From: Basidiobolus meristosporus CBS 931.73
Lineage: Eukaryota > Fungi > Basidiobolomycota
Reading direction: 5' to 3'
DNA: 64,000 nt
Assembly (NCBI GenBank): GCA_002104905.1
Contig: MCFE01000140.1
Coordinates: forward strand, 1-64,000
In this document: piece by piece, positions 35,993 to 49,600 of the stretch
Position numbering within the stretch: position 1 is the stretch's first letter
Layout: each line of letters opens with the position of its first letter
Made by a program: the position numbers and the translations under genes
Notes under the pieces: generated by a model
What the model was told of the DNA's origin: nothing
The model's database searches: none
The model's input: the letters and a program-made list of their open reading frames with translations, nothing else

Positions 35993-38900
35993 TGTTGTAA
36001 AAATTTGTATTTCCACCTAAATATTCACCTAACTTAGTCACTTAGATTATCACCTTCAAATCCCAGAGAATACTGACCAAATTCCTAGTTGGGACTTAGA
36101 ATATTTTCACCAAAATACCAGGTACCCAGAACATAAAAATTCTCAAAGTTGTCCAAGCAGCCCAAACTTTGCACACATGTTCTTGGAACCTTCCTTAATC
36201 TATTCTACGTGTTTGTAATGCCAAGGCCAGGCAAAAGTATAAATACTACTTTTACATTCAATAAATCATTAAGTGCAAACCACATAATCTACTTGTTCTC
36301 CAAATCACTTCCAATATCTCCAAGACTCTTACAACAGGTTATGAGCCCCAAGCTGTCACTCTCTGCAATCTCTACTACTGCTATTACTGGAATTTTTCCC
36401 TCTGCTGAAAAGTTGGATGGATCTAACTACCAAGTGTGGAAGGTGAAGATGAAGATGCTGCTACAAGAAAGAGGCCTTTGGGATATTGTCATGGGAGAAG
36501 AATGCCCTCCTAAAAACGTGGGAGAGGAAGCCTTAAAGTACCAGAAGAAAGAACAAAGTGCCTTTAACTGCATTTGCCTTAATGTCAAGGACAAATTGCT
36601 AATTCAATGCTCAAGAGCAAAAACAGCAAAGAATGCCTGGAAAGCATTAGAGGACACCTACCAGTCATGTTCAGCTGCTAAGAAGATGTATCTGAGACGA
36701 AAATTCTTTACTACAAAGATGCTGCCAGGAGAAGAAATGAAAAATCTAATTAATAGAATTACCCTGCTGGTAGATGAGATGGAATCTGTGGGTGTACCAA
36801 CTACTGATGAGGATGTGATAGTTACCATCCTGAATAGCCTGAGAGACGGGTTTCAGGGCCTTGTATTAGCCCTAGAGTCCAGAACTGAAGATTTGACCTT
36901 AAATTATGTATATGGAAGGCTCCTGGATGAAGAATTAAGAAAATCAAGCGCCAATAAGAAGGAAGAAGAAAATGCTTTAATAAGCAATAATAACCAACAA
37001 AGGAGGTACCCAAGACCCTACAAAGGCAACAGCAACCTGTTTTGTAACTACTGCAAAAGAAATGGACACACATCAGACTGGTGTCTCAAAAAGAAAGATA
37101 ATCAGCAAAAGAAGCCTGAATATGGAAATGCTGCAACAACTGAAGATAGACTATTCATATCTGCACTAAATATGACCACAAACAAGGATTCTCAGACATG
37201 GTATATTGACTCTGGAGCATCTCAACACTTTACACACCAAAAAGAACTTTTTACCCATTATCAAGAAATTCCAATTAAGAAGGTTTTCATGGGTGAAGAT
37301 AGAACACTCAATGCAGTGGGAGAAGGAACTATCCAAGTAAACCTTAGAAGTAGTGAAGGAAGCCATACACCAACCTTTAAAGAAGTACTCTATGTACCAG
37401 AAATAGCCAAGAACCTACTCTCTGTAAGCAAGGTCACAGCAGAGGGACTCAGTTTCAGTTTTGACAATTCTGGATGCAGGATCACTGATCAAAATGGTGC
37501 TCATATTGCTTCAGGCATCAGAGATCAGAATCTATACAAGTTGACTTATATTCCATCATATCTGGAAGCCAATATAAGTAACTTAAATGAAGAAACACCA
37601 ATGCTTTGGCACAGGAGATTTGGGCACATCAATTTTGATTATTTGCGCAAAATGATCAAAGATCAGCTAATTTCTGGAGTGAAAATTGATCCCCCAGCTA
37701 ATTTGGAGCACTGTGAAGCCTGCATATATGGGAAACAAGCCAGACAACTCTTCAAGAGCTCTGGGTTAATCAAAACTAAGAAAAGATTAGATCTAATTCA
37801 CTCAGATCTGTGTGGACCTATGCAAAATTTATCCTTAGGCGGGATGAAGTATTTAATCACTTTTATTGATGATTATACAAGATACACATGGGTCTACTTC
37901 ATGGAGAGAAAGGAAGAAGCTCTGTCTAAGCTCAGGGAGTTTAAAGCCATGGTGGAGAGAGAAACTGGTGAAAAAATCAAGAAAATACGCTCTGACAATG
38001 GTGGAGAATATACCTCAAAACTCTTCATCCACTTCTGCAAAATTCATGGGATAAAGCAAGAGACTACTGTACCATACTCCCCACAGCAAAATGGAGTAGC
38101 AGAACAAGCTAACAGATCAATAATTGATATGGCAAGATCTATAATCCATGATCAAAAATTATCCTATGATTTTTGGGCGGAATCAGTTGCCACTGCTGTA
38201 TACCTTAAAAATACGAGTTATAACAGAATACTTTGTGATTCTACTCCATTTGAAGCATGGTATGGATACAGACCAAGTGCAGAACATCTAAGAATATTTG
38301 GGTGTACAGCATATGCCAAGAAACTGGCCAGAAATCAGTCAAAATTTGAGCCAAAAAGTGTAAAATGCATATTTTTGGGCTACTGCAATGAGAGTAAGGC
38401 ATACAGACTCTACAATACCAAAGCAAAGAAGCTGATCAAGTCCAGGGATGTGTTGTTTGATGAAAATTCAAAATTTTCACAAAAAATGACATCAGATGAT
38501 GACAAAAATTTGATCTCAAGTCCACCAATTGTCAGGATAGAATCAGAGCAAAACAATGAATATTTTTCACTCCAGAGGACTCTACAACCGTGGTTCAGCC
38601 AGAATCAGTGCCCAGGAATGTCCCAGAAGTGATCATTTCAGTATCAAATGCCCGGAGATCCAATCAAACAAGAAATAGCCCAAGTTACTATATTAATGAG
38701 GGTACAAACTTAGCCTATGCCTATTCAGTCCATATTGATGAGCCCCAGACTGTAAAAGAGGCCCTAAATAGCCCTCAGACAAAGTTTGGAGATCTGCAAT
38801 GACTGAGGAATATCAGGCCCTGATGGAAAATCAAACTTGGGACTTAGTCAAATTACCAATCAACCAAAAATCAATTGGATGCAGATGGATCTTTAAGACA

Positions 38901-40669
38901 AAATACAAGGCTGATGGTACAATTAAAAGATACAAAGCAAGACTTGTAGCCAAAGGATACTCTCAAACAAAAGGACTTGACTATACTGAGACCTTTGCAC
39001 CAGTAGCTAAGTTTAATTCCATCAGATTAATATTGGCTATTGCAGCCAAATAAAAGTTTTTTATTCATCAAATGGGTGTAAAAACTGCATTTTTGAATGG
39101 AGAACTTGATGAGGACGTGTATATGAACCAGCCTGATGGGTTTGTTGACCAAAATAACCCCCATTTGATCTGCAAGCTTAAAAAGTCACTATATGGTCTC
39201 AAACAATCACCAAGAGCCTGGAATTGCAAGATAGATTCATATTTGGAATCCTTGAGTTTCAAAAGAAGTAATGCTGACTATAGTATATAATATAAGCCAG
39301 ATAGAGCAAATCCAGTTCTATTAGTTCTATAGGTGGATGATCTTATTATAGCCACCAATAACCTAGAAACATTGGAAGAGACTAAATCCAGCCTATCTAA
39401 AGAGTTCAAGATGTCCAATCTAGGAGAACTTAGTTACTACTTAGGGATTAAGTTCTCCATAGACAGAAGTACCCAGACTATTACCCTAAGCCAATCCAAG
39501 TATATTCAAGATATACTAAAGAAGTACAAAATGGAAGACTGTAAAATGTCAGCTACCCCAATGGAGACAAACCTTAACTTGGTCAAGACACAACCAAATC
39601 AAGAGAGCTTGGTGCCATCTGAAAGCCCTGACTTTCCTTATCAATCTATGGTCGGCAGTCTGATGTATATCATGCTTGGAACACATCCAGATATATCATA
39701 TTCAGTGGGAGTTGTCAGCCAACATAATCAGAATTATGGATCTGATCATATTGCAGCAGTTAAGCGGATATTTAGATACCTAAAAGGAACTGCTGATATC
39801 TGCATAAGATACACTTAAAAGGATTCAGAACAGGATCTTGTGGGATACTCTGAGGCTGATTGGGGACAAAATTTGGAAGACAGAAGATCCACCACAGGAT
39901 ACACCTTTCTTTACTGTAAAGGAGCAATTTCATGGAATTCAAGAAAGCAACCAACCGTAGCACTTTCTACTACAGAGGCAGAGTATATGGCAGCCTGTGA
40001 AGCTACAAAAGAAGCAATGTGGTTAAGAAAGCTCCTTACAGATTTAGGCCAATATCAAAAAATGCCTATTACTTTATTTCAAGATAATCAAGGATGTATA
40101 CAATTAAGTAGAAATCCAACTTTTCATGCTAGAACCAAGCACATAGATATTAGACAGCATTTCATACGTGAAGCTATAGAGAGTAACTTAGTTAGCTTAG
40201 TTTACTGTTCTACAGATGAAATGATTGCAGACATATTTACCAAACCATTAGCTAGAGACAAGCTTGAATATCTTAGGTCAAAATTAGGACTGGTCAGTAT
40301 GAACATTTAGCTGAGTGGGAGTGTTGTGAAAATTTGTATTTCCACCTAAATATTCACCTAACTTAGTCACTTAGATCATCACCTTCAAATCCTAGAGAAT
40401 ACTGACCAAATTCCTTGTTGGGATTTACTTGGAATATTTTCACCAAAATACCAGGTACCCAGAACATGAAAATTCTCAAAGTTGTCCAAACAGCCCAAAC
40501 TTTGCACACATGTTCTTGGGACCTTCCTTAACCTATTCTACGTGTTTGTGATGCCAAGACCAGGTAAAAGTATAAATACTACTTTTACATTCAATAAATC
40601 ATTAAGTGAAAACCACATAATCTACTTGTTCTCCAAATCACTTCCAATATCTCCAAGACTCTTACAACA
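35993..40669 (+). mobile_element. Full-length Ty1/copia LTR retrotransposon (4677 bp)
   Basis: 5' LTR 35993-36336 and 3' LTR 40322-40669 (TG..CA; ~13 substitutions plus a 4-bp indel by manual count). TSD TTTTC at 35988-35992 and 40670-40674. PBS GGTTATGAGCCC at 36337; PPT GAGTGGGAG at 40313. Confidence 0.97.
36341..40310 (+). pseudogene. Copia gag-PR-IN-RT-RH polyprotein with frameshifts and stops in the 3' half
   Basis: Open 36341-38632: gag LDGSNY..W, zinc knuckle CNYCKRNGHTSDWC, protease WYIDSGAS, HHCC, integrase HSDLCGP..RSDNGGE..QNGVAE. Then frameshifts near 38590 and 38790 and stops at 39051, 39288, 39331 and 39816 in RT/RH. Confidence 0.92.
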
Positions 40670-42524
40670 TTTTCCAACAGAAAAGTGGTAGTTCCTTGTA
40701 GAACTTAGATAGGATTCTTGTGAGCTTTGCAGTCTCTTTACTGATGTAGTACTGATCAAAGTCAGAATACTCAACAGTGCAAGTGATGCAGGGGAAGTCT
40801 TATAACCTTTAAACTTGTAATCGTAGTGTGGAGATTCTGGAAAGAGAGGCTCTCTCTTTATTTTTCAGCTGGGGAAGTCATGTATATGAAAATTTTGAAG
40901 GATCAAAGTTTTTGGACAATTGTGCAAGCAATACATGTAATACAAAGCTAAATTTTGCAGTGGCGCAGATCAGACATAGGTGCAGCACCTGTAAAAATTA
41001 CACATGATTTGATTGGCTAGTTTGAAAGTTACACATGATCAAAGTCACCATAGTAATCCTAGCAATAAGGCATGGTATATATATTAATTGGACACTTTTG
41101 GTCATAACTCCTTAAGTACTGCTTGAAATGAGCTGTAGTTTGAAACATGTGTTGGCTACTACGTGTTCTGTATGACATAATATTCTTGGGTGGATTGCTT
41201 GTCAGGGTCTGGAGCATTTGTTCTTCAAAGTTCAAAATTCTTGATCTTTCACTTGTGTGTTACAATAGCAAAAAGCAAAATAAAGAAATGAGTGCAATAT
41301 TGGTTTAGAGATATTGTAGTAATGAAATACTTTCCATTACCACAGAAGCTGCTGATTTTTAGCCATTAAAGCCTTGTCCTTCTATTATTGAAAGTTTCTG
41401 TTGCAGTTACAGTATATTCTTGGTATACAAATGCTGGCCTAAGATCTACTTACTTGTTTGGATCCAGGATAATGCCCATGGAATAAGTCAAGTACACATT
41501 GCTTGGCCTCAAGTTCCAAACAATCCCATGTTACATTAATCTTAAGGTGATGGCATGCTAGATTTCTCACAGCCACCTGACAATGGGCCCACTCTTCTTC
41601 ATTGCACCTGGCAGCTTCATGGAACTGCAATATCTTATGACTTTTGGGCACTGATATACATTTTTCAGTCTCTCCCTTCCATGGCATAATAGGTTTTTCA
41701 GTGGGTTTTATCATTGGGCTGGTGGTTGCACTTGAAAGACAGTATGCTGTTCCTCTGCTGTTAAGTCAGGAAATGGCTCAATTCTGGGCCGTGACATTGA
41801 GCTACTTGAGTTCCTTCTTGGCAGCAAAGATACTGCATACTCTAATGAGGATGCTGATTGCTCCACTCACAATGTCAATTCATCCTGTCTCCAAATAGCT
41901 TTCTGATTTCTCCAGTCCATTGCATCTATCTTGTTAGCCACTGCTCCTATACACCTCATTACTGCTTTGGTATGAGCTGACTGCATACCAACTGATACCA
42001 GTGATGGTAATGTTATGATGATCATCTGCAGATCTTTATCCAGAGGTACAGTGGTTGATACATTCTCATCTGCCTGAGCATTATGGCCAGCTCAAAGATA
42101 AGCAGATATTTGCATTGCCTACTTGACTAAGATCCTGAGGAGTCTGCACTTTCACCCACAGTAGGCACACCATCAAATGGATCTTTTTTGGATGTAGCCC
42201 ACTTATTGCACTGAATATCAAAGAATCTAGTTATCCAACACTTCCTCAGCTGCTGTTTGTGATGGGATTTAGTTGGGAATAAGACAACTTTTTATTGTGT
42301 TATGGCAGCATTTATACAGAAGTGGGTTAAACCAAAGGGGAAGTGGTGGTACATATACATGTATATATTATGCCATAAATATATCTAAAATGCATAACAT
42401 AACAGGTCATCAATGAATCTGACAATCATGTAGGTCCAATATCTTAAATAGTGCAATTTTTAAGTTGTCACCTAAATATTCATGCTAACTTGATCATATA
42501 GATCTTATTCTGTGATTAGCATTT

Positions 42525-43403
42525 CCCTAAGAGAAGTAATTTGGTTGCACAAGCGGATCCAATACAGATCAGCCATCAAGATCCCATGAGGAGACTGCTA
42601 TAATAATGGCAGCCTGGAATTAATGACCAATTAAACCATCTTATGATAGGATCACAACAGCTTTTGGATAATTTTATAGCCAACTAAAACTAAAAAACAT
42701 AATGGTGTTATATGGTGTTTTGCCAAGAGTGACATGGCATTGTTGCAGTCTTAGTGCGCTCAACAATTATCTGAGTGAATCTAACTGGCCAGTACATCCA
42801 ATTGCCTTATATGGCAAAAACTTGACGGTGTTCTGACAGCCTCATTGCAAGTGTTTGACAGCACTATTACAGCAGCATGGCAACTTACAGCTAGTTCTGT
42901 ATGATGCTACCATACCAATTTACCAAATGGTATTTCCTTTTTCTACCTCCCCTTGTGCAATTCATATATTCCAATGTAGAATCACCCCTCTTTATTTGCT
43001 TACACCTACTACCTTGGGTTTTCTGTATATAGCTCAAATCAAAAAACACTATGGCCTCCTGCTTACTAACCACTACAAATGCACACACCTGCTGCAATTA
43101 ACATATGTCTATCACCTCAACTTTACGGCTTTTTAGTGTGATACTTGCAAAGTTGCCTTTTACCTTGTACTGCTGGTCACATATACATCTTGCCAATATA
43201 TGCTTGGTTGCCACCACTTTTGCAATGAATACCTCCTGTATATTTGCAAAGAACTTCTTGGTATTTAGCCAATATATTCCTTCTCCCTGCTGGATTCTAG
43301 TCCCCTGCATAGGTGCCAGCCATTGTTACTTCTATAATGGCATCTAGCTATACTTATCACCTTGCTCAAACTGAGTCAGGTGAGTTTGTGACATCCTTAG
43401 GCT
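42525..43403. mobile_element. CACTA-like copy 3: left end plus transposase C-terminal fragment
   Basis: ccctaagagaagtaatttgg matches the left end at 28256; collinear with 28256-29050. Confidence 0.8.
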
Positions 43404-44097
43404 TGTTGTATTCAAGAGAAAAGTGTAATAAGCTCTTGAATGAGTTAACTGAACCTAAGTGACAACTAAGTGCAGAATCTTAGAACTGTCAAGAGTGACA
43501 GAAATATTAACAGAGAAGTTCTGGTCTAATATTGATTTTGTATATAGTTGAGTTGGGCTATAAAGGCAACAGGGTTGGTTTGCTATACAAGCTAGGCTTA
43601 GTGTGCTTGGAAATGCTAGATATGCTATGCTTGGGTGGAAGCTGGAATGGAATTGTTGAATTCTTAATTTTGCAGAGGCACAATGTTAATTTTGTTGAGA
43701 CACACACTAAACCAAAAGGTTCAGTAAACTTTGTATATTTTTCTGATCAGGTTAAATTAGTAAGCACCAAGTGACTGGACTAATTGAATCCTGTTGGGGT
43801 GTTAATAGGTGCATAAGATAAATGAGCAATTGCATCATTAATCAGCTGATGTCCTGGCAACTGCTAAGTGGTTGGATAGATCTCAGATGACTAATCACTT
43901 GGAAAGGCTTAGCAAATCAGTTGAGGACATAATGACCATGTGAAAATTGATCTGGTATGACAGCTAAAAATAGATTCTGAGAGTTGATAACATGAACCAT
44001 AATTAAGATTGGTTGTGTTTGGGTTAGTATAAATTATTTAGGGTACAACATTTTCTAATAGAGTAAAACTGGCTTAGTTGTAATGTTGATGCATAAC
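43404..44097 (-). mobile_element. Solo LTR family C, inverted copy
   Basis: Reverse-complement match to 51272-51937; no TSD recognised. Confidence 0.75.
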
Positions 44098-44544
44098 TAG
44101 ATTTAAACTCACCTTAGAGCTTTAGCCACCTCCATTACTCTATTTTCAAGGCTAAACATATTTTATCAGTACTCCCTTATTACATTCTTGTATCTTCTTG
44201 TGATTTCTTGCAGAGTTGGAGCAAAGAAAGTTACTGTCAATTACATTTCATCATCATATTCTTTTATAAATTTACAACTTCCTTTATTTCTCATACAAAA
44301 CATCCTGCTTAAATCTAAATCCAAGCTCTTTCTTACTAGGCAAACTCAAATATACTTACATTGTAATTGCAGTTGCTATATTTACACAATCTTCTCATAT
44401 CTGAAGATTGCACTTTATTTGTATGCTTCCCAGTCAAGAACCAGCACCCTAACTTAGATATATGTACCCATTCCCTTGACAGCATGATTTCAGGTGTTTG
44501 CTGTAAGATTATTGTACCATTTAATATATATAGCCACCTGAAAC

Positions 44545-46591
44545 TGTGGTAACAGAAAGTATTCCATTACTACATATCTCAAAACCAATATTGCACTCAT
44601 TTCCTTATTTTGCTTTTTGCTATTGGAAAACACAAGTGAAAGATCAAGAATTTCCAACTCTGTAGAGCACATGCTCCAGACCCTGACAAGCAGTCCACCC
44701 AAGGATATTATTTCTTGCAGAAAACTCAGTAGCTAACACATGTTTCAAATTACGTCTCATTTGAAGCAGTACTTTAGCAGTTATGATTGAAAGAGTCCAA
44801 TTATCATATATACCAGGCCTCTTTTGCCAAGATTACTATGGTGACTTTGATTGCATATAACTCTTGAACCAGCAAATCAAATCATATAGAAATGTCACAG
44901 GTGCTGCGCCTATGTCAGATCTGTGCCACAGCAATATTTTAGCTTTGTATCTGATGTATTGCTTGCACTGTGGTGGTGTAGAGGTACTCCTGGGAGAAGC
45001 TACACAACTCAAGGTGTGTGAGGTGTCTGATGGGTGCAATAACCTCTGGGTCTAAACTGCTGGTGTCTTTGTCATTATGTCACTATGGTAGAGCTCCTGC
45101 TTCCCTAGCTTCCTAGGTGCTCCAAGTGTCTCCAAAGGCCTCTGTGTGTCTTGTGCACTACCCTGAAAAGCTCCTTGATGGCAGGTCTCAGATGTACTAT
45201 TAAAGGCCAGTGCAGTGATCAACTGCTAATCAATAAGGGAGAAGTGTTACTGATGGAAGGGATGATTTATTGATGAGGGATTGCTTTCCATAAAATACTT
45301 TTCCTGATTGCCAAGTGATTGCAAAGACAAGGTTCTAGAAGATTCTATGCATCAGTGGAATTCTTGATGACATCACTATGAGCTAAAAATATGCCAAGAA
45401 TGTCCTGGAAGGTTCTAAAAGGCACAGCACATCCAACCAATCAGGAATCAGTAGTCTGAAACCTGTGCAACATAGAAATACCATAAATGGTATTGAAATG
45501 GTAGGGATGGTTACACAGACCTAGGTCATGTGTCACAGGCACTGATGTAGGTACTTGCCTTATGTAGAGACATATACTGATCACAATGCTGAATAACATC
45601 TGGGATAACTAATGCTAATAACTAATCAGGGTAAACATCATATAGGGATAATACTGATAATGTGGGTAAAAGAAGAATGGGATAATACTAATAAGATGAA
45701 ATATGGATGAGTATATCATAATGGCTATATGAATAAACTTGTCTGTGGAGGGTATGTTTACCCTACCGCAGCGCAATTGCCCAAAAACTTTGATCTTTCA
45801 GAATTTTCTTATATATGACTTCCCCAGCTAAGAAATCAATGCAGGCCTCTCTTTCCAAAATCTCCACACTACAACTACAAGTTTAAAGGTGGTAAGACTT
45901 CCCCTGCATTACTTATATTGTTCAGTATTCTGACTTTGATTGGCACTACAACAGTAAAGAGACTGCAAAGCTCACAAGAATCCAATTCAAGTTCAACAAG
46001 AAAACTACAGCTTTTCTGTCAGAAAATTCCACTCTAAGAAACCCCTGTACTCTAAATACGCACCTTTAGACACCACTTTAGTCTAAAGACCCCTTTAGAG
46101 ACCACTTTAAGAAGTCCCTTTACTCTAAAGAAGCCCATTTAGGCACCCCATTGGTGTAAAGTCCACTTTAGAGGCCACTACAAGATGCCCCTTTACTCTA
46201 AAGACACTCCTTTAGACACCCCTCTAGGTCTAAATACCCCTTTGGAGACTTCTACACTGCACCCTTTTAGGTTAAAGGGAGTTGAGAATATCCATATTAG
46301 AAAATATTTTCTCACAAAGGAATGTGACTCCCAAATAAGAAAAATTTGCTATAAAAATAAATAAGCCCAATAATTAACAGAAGGTCAGAACACTGCTGTA
46401 CAAGTGCAAAACACTCCCTATAGTATATTTTGAACCCAAGATTGGGGATATTAGTGAAAGTTATATCTTCTATTGGTATATCAAACTCCCAATAACCATT
46501 TCAGTATTAGCATACAGGAAGATGTTATATATTGCTGATTGGCCTCTATATCATAAAACAAGCCCCAAACTAATCAAAATAGAACACAACA
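44545..46591 (-). mobile_element. Solo LTR family A (inverted) containing a nested LTR-B
   Basis: Same termini as the other LTR-A copies; flanks aaac/tatc do not match. Confidence 0.8.
44969..45770 (-). mobile_element. Solo LTR family B (802 bp)
   Basis: TG..CA ends; TSD gcac/gcgc. The uninterrupted target gcttgcacaattgccc is seen at ~48840. Confidence 0.85.
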
Positions 46592-47411
46592 TATCCAATA
46601 TTGGAAGAGTTTAATACGCTATCCAATAGGATAGCAGTAGGTGGCCATCATTGTAATGAGAAATTATTGTGATTATCCAATTAAAAGGCCATCATCAATT
46701 TAAAGTCCTGTGACTAAGAGGTATTGATCCCATCAGTACACCATGCCAAGATCACCACAATAACTACACTGCAGATTTCACAATAAACTTGTTCAAAATT
46801 TTTCATCACAATAATACAAAAGTGGCTTTTGATTGGTTCTCTGTTAATTTTCTCACTTTCTGATCCTGGACACTTTACCACCTCCTACATTTGTGTGCAT
46901 TGATTGGCTATTGCTTCTGTTTCACGCGCATCACTTCCTGATTAAACTGTTTCTTTTACTTTTAATGCATACAAATTGATTTATTTCCCTCAAGACTTCA
47001 TTTATACCTCAAAAGCCAGTTGTATCAACCAATGTGTGTCCCCATATACTACACTAACATCAGGCCCAGCCCCTCACTCAACAAGTAAGCCCATTAATAT
47101 ACACTACTCTATATGTATTTCTGCTGTAAATCTCTGTTTCCATGTCTTTGGCAGGAACCCTACAGCTTTATCCCACTGTTTGTTCACTAGTGCCCATTCA
47201 TCCTGGTCTTCAGCTAGCACTGAAGATCTAGCACTTCATCTGCCAGTCTTTGCAATAAATTCTTGCAACATTAAAGTGCATTTTATTGAACTTCACTCTT
47301 GAAGAGGTACCACACCCTCTTGGTGTGCCTTTTAATGTTCCAAGAATCTGCTGAAGGCATTGTGATAACCTTTGAGTTCTTGACATTGCTGCTTTGTCTG
47401 TGGGTGGGATC

Positions 47412-48095
47412 TGTGGTAATGGGAAGTATTTCATTACTACAATGTCTCAAAACCAATGTTGCACTCATTTCTTTATTTTGCTTTTTTTTCTCAACACACA
47501 AGTGAAAGATGAACAAATTCCAACTTTGAAGGACAAATAAACCAGACCCTGACAAGCAATCCACTTTACTCCAAAGACATCCCTTTAGACACCCCTTTAG
47601 AGACCTCTTTAAGAAACCCCTTTACTCTAAAGAAGCCCCCTTAGGCACCTCTTTAGTGTAAAGTTCACTTTAGAGACCACTGCAAGAAGCCCCTTTACTC
47701 TAAGGACACCCCTTTAGACACCCCTTTAGGTCTAAAGACCCCTTTTGAGACTTCTATACTGCACCCCTTCAGGTTCAAGGGGAGTTCAGAATATCCATAT
47801 TAAGAAATATTCTCTCACAAAGGAATGTGACTCCCAAATAAGGAAAAGTTACTATAAAAGTAAATATGCCCAATAATCAACAGAAGGTCAGAACACTGCT
47901 GTAGAAGTGAGAATCACTGACTATAGCACACTGTGAGCCCAAGATTGAGGATATTAGTGAAAGTTATATCTTCTATTGGTATATCAAACTCCCAATGAAC
48001 TATTTCAGTGTTAGCATACTGGAAGTAGTTGTAAATTGATGATTAGACTCTACATTACAGAACAAGCTCCAAACTAATTATAATACAACACAACA
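47412..48095 (-). mobile_element. Internally deleted solo LTR-A (684 bp)
   Basis: Perfect 4-bp TSD GATC at 47408-47411 and 48096-48099. Confidence 0.9.
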
Positions 48096-48394
48096 GATCT
48101 CCACACCATCAACAATAGAGGATGTGGAGGCTGTAGTTGACAAATAGCCTGTCTCTGCAATCTCATCTGCCTCACTGGAGTGTAGCTCAACAGGCTGCAC
48201 TTCTAACTCTTATGTAAACACCAGTCTTCTTGTTGGTAATTCTTCCTGGCTATGATGGGACTCAATGTGCTCCAATCTCCCAGAGTTAATTGACAAGAAC
48301 TGCAGCTTTATTCTCATGCTTCCCTGTCTCTGGCTTTGGTAGACTCTTTTCAATTTACCTTTTCCATTATCACTGCCAGGTCTTTCAATGCTTC

Positions 48395-49600
48395 TGTGGT
48401 AATGGAAAGTATTCCATTACTACAATATCTCTAAACCAATCTTGCACTCATTTCTTTATTTTGCTTTTTGCTATTGTAACACACAAGTGAAAGATCAAGA
48501 ATTTCCAACTTTGAAGAACAAATGCTCCAGACCCTGACAAGCAATCCACCCAAGAATATTATGTCATACAAAACACGTAGTAGCCAACACATGTTTCAAA
48601 CTACAGCTCATTTGAAGCAGTACTTAAGGAGTTATGACCAAAAGAGTCCAATTATTATGTATACTATGCCTTATTGCTAGGATTACTAGGGTGACTTTGA
48701 TTGCGTGTAACTTTTGAACCAGCCAATCAAATCATGTGTAATTTTCACAGGTGCTGCGCCTATGTCCAATCTGCGCCACTGCAAAATTTTAGCTTTGTAT
48801 CACGTGTACTGCAAATTATTTGCTTTGTATCACATGTATTGCTTGCACAATTGCCCAAAAACTTTGATCCTTCAAAATTTTCATATATATGACTTCCCCA
48901 GCTGAAAAATAAAGGAGAGCCTTTCTTTCCAGAATCTCCACACTACAATTACAAGTTTAAAGGTTATAAGACTTCCCCTGCATCACTTGCATTGTTGAGT
49001 ATTCTGACTTTGATCAGTACTACATCAGTAAAGAGACTTTAAAGCTCACAAGAATCCAATCTTAGTTCTACAAGAAACTACCACTTTTCTGTTGGAATAG
49101 TCCCCTCTAAGAAACCCCTTTAGAGACCCCTTTAGGAAACCCCTTTACTCTAAAGAAGCCCCTTTAGGCACCCCTTCAGTGTAAAGTCCACTTTAGAGAC
49201 CACTATAAGAAGCCCCTTTACTCTAAAGACACCCCTTTAGACACCCCTTGAGAGACTTCTACAACACACCCCTTTAGGTTAAAGGGGAGTTCATAATTTC
49301 CATATTAGGGAATATTTTCTCAGAAAGGAAAGTGACTTCCAAATAAGGAAAAGTTACTATAAAAGTAAATAAGCGCATTGGTCAACAGAAGGTCAGAACA
49401 CTGCTGTAGAAGTGATAAACACTGCCTACAGTATATTTTGAGCCTAAGATTGAGAAAATTAGTGAAAGTTATATCTTCTATTGGTATATCAAACTCCTAA
49501 TGAACTATCTCAGTATTAGCATACTGGAAGTTGTTGTATATTGTTGATTAGCCTCTACGTTGTAGAACAAGCCCCAAACTAATCATAATACAACACAACA
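48395..49600 (-). mobile_element. Solo LTR-A (1206 bp)
   Basis: Perfect 4-bp TSD CTTC at 48391-48394 and 49601-49604. Confidence 0.92.

Larger units (their letters stand above)
35444..41344 (+). mobile_element. Solo LTR family A (~1.2 kb), split by the full-length copia
   Basis: Ends TGTTGTG...TTACCACA; flanks gaaa/gaag form a 4-bp TSD with one mismatch; collinear with 58803-59972. The biological orientation of LTR-A is unknown. Confidence 0.85.
34359..42400 (-). mobile_element. CACTA-like copy 2 (inverted), interrupted by LTR-A and the nested copia
   Basis: Begins with terminal CCCTATGAAAAAATAG at 34359. ORF2 homology at 34900-35443 resumes at 41345. The inner end is approximate. Confidence 0.75.

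Noticed and set aside
36149-36340. N-terminal extension of the 827-aa copia ORF and the matching ORF 40482-40691
   Set aside because: This is LTR sequence read from a TTG codon; the real gag start is the ATG at 36341.
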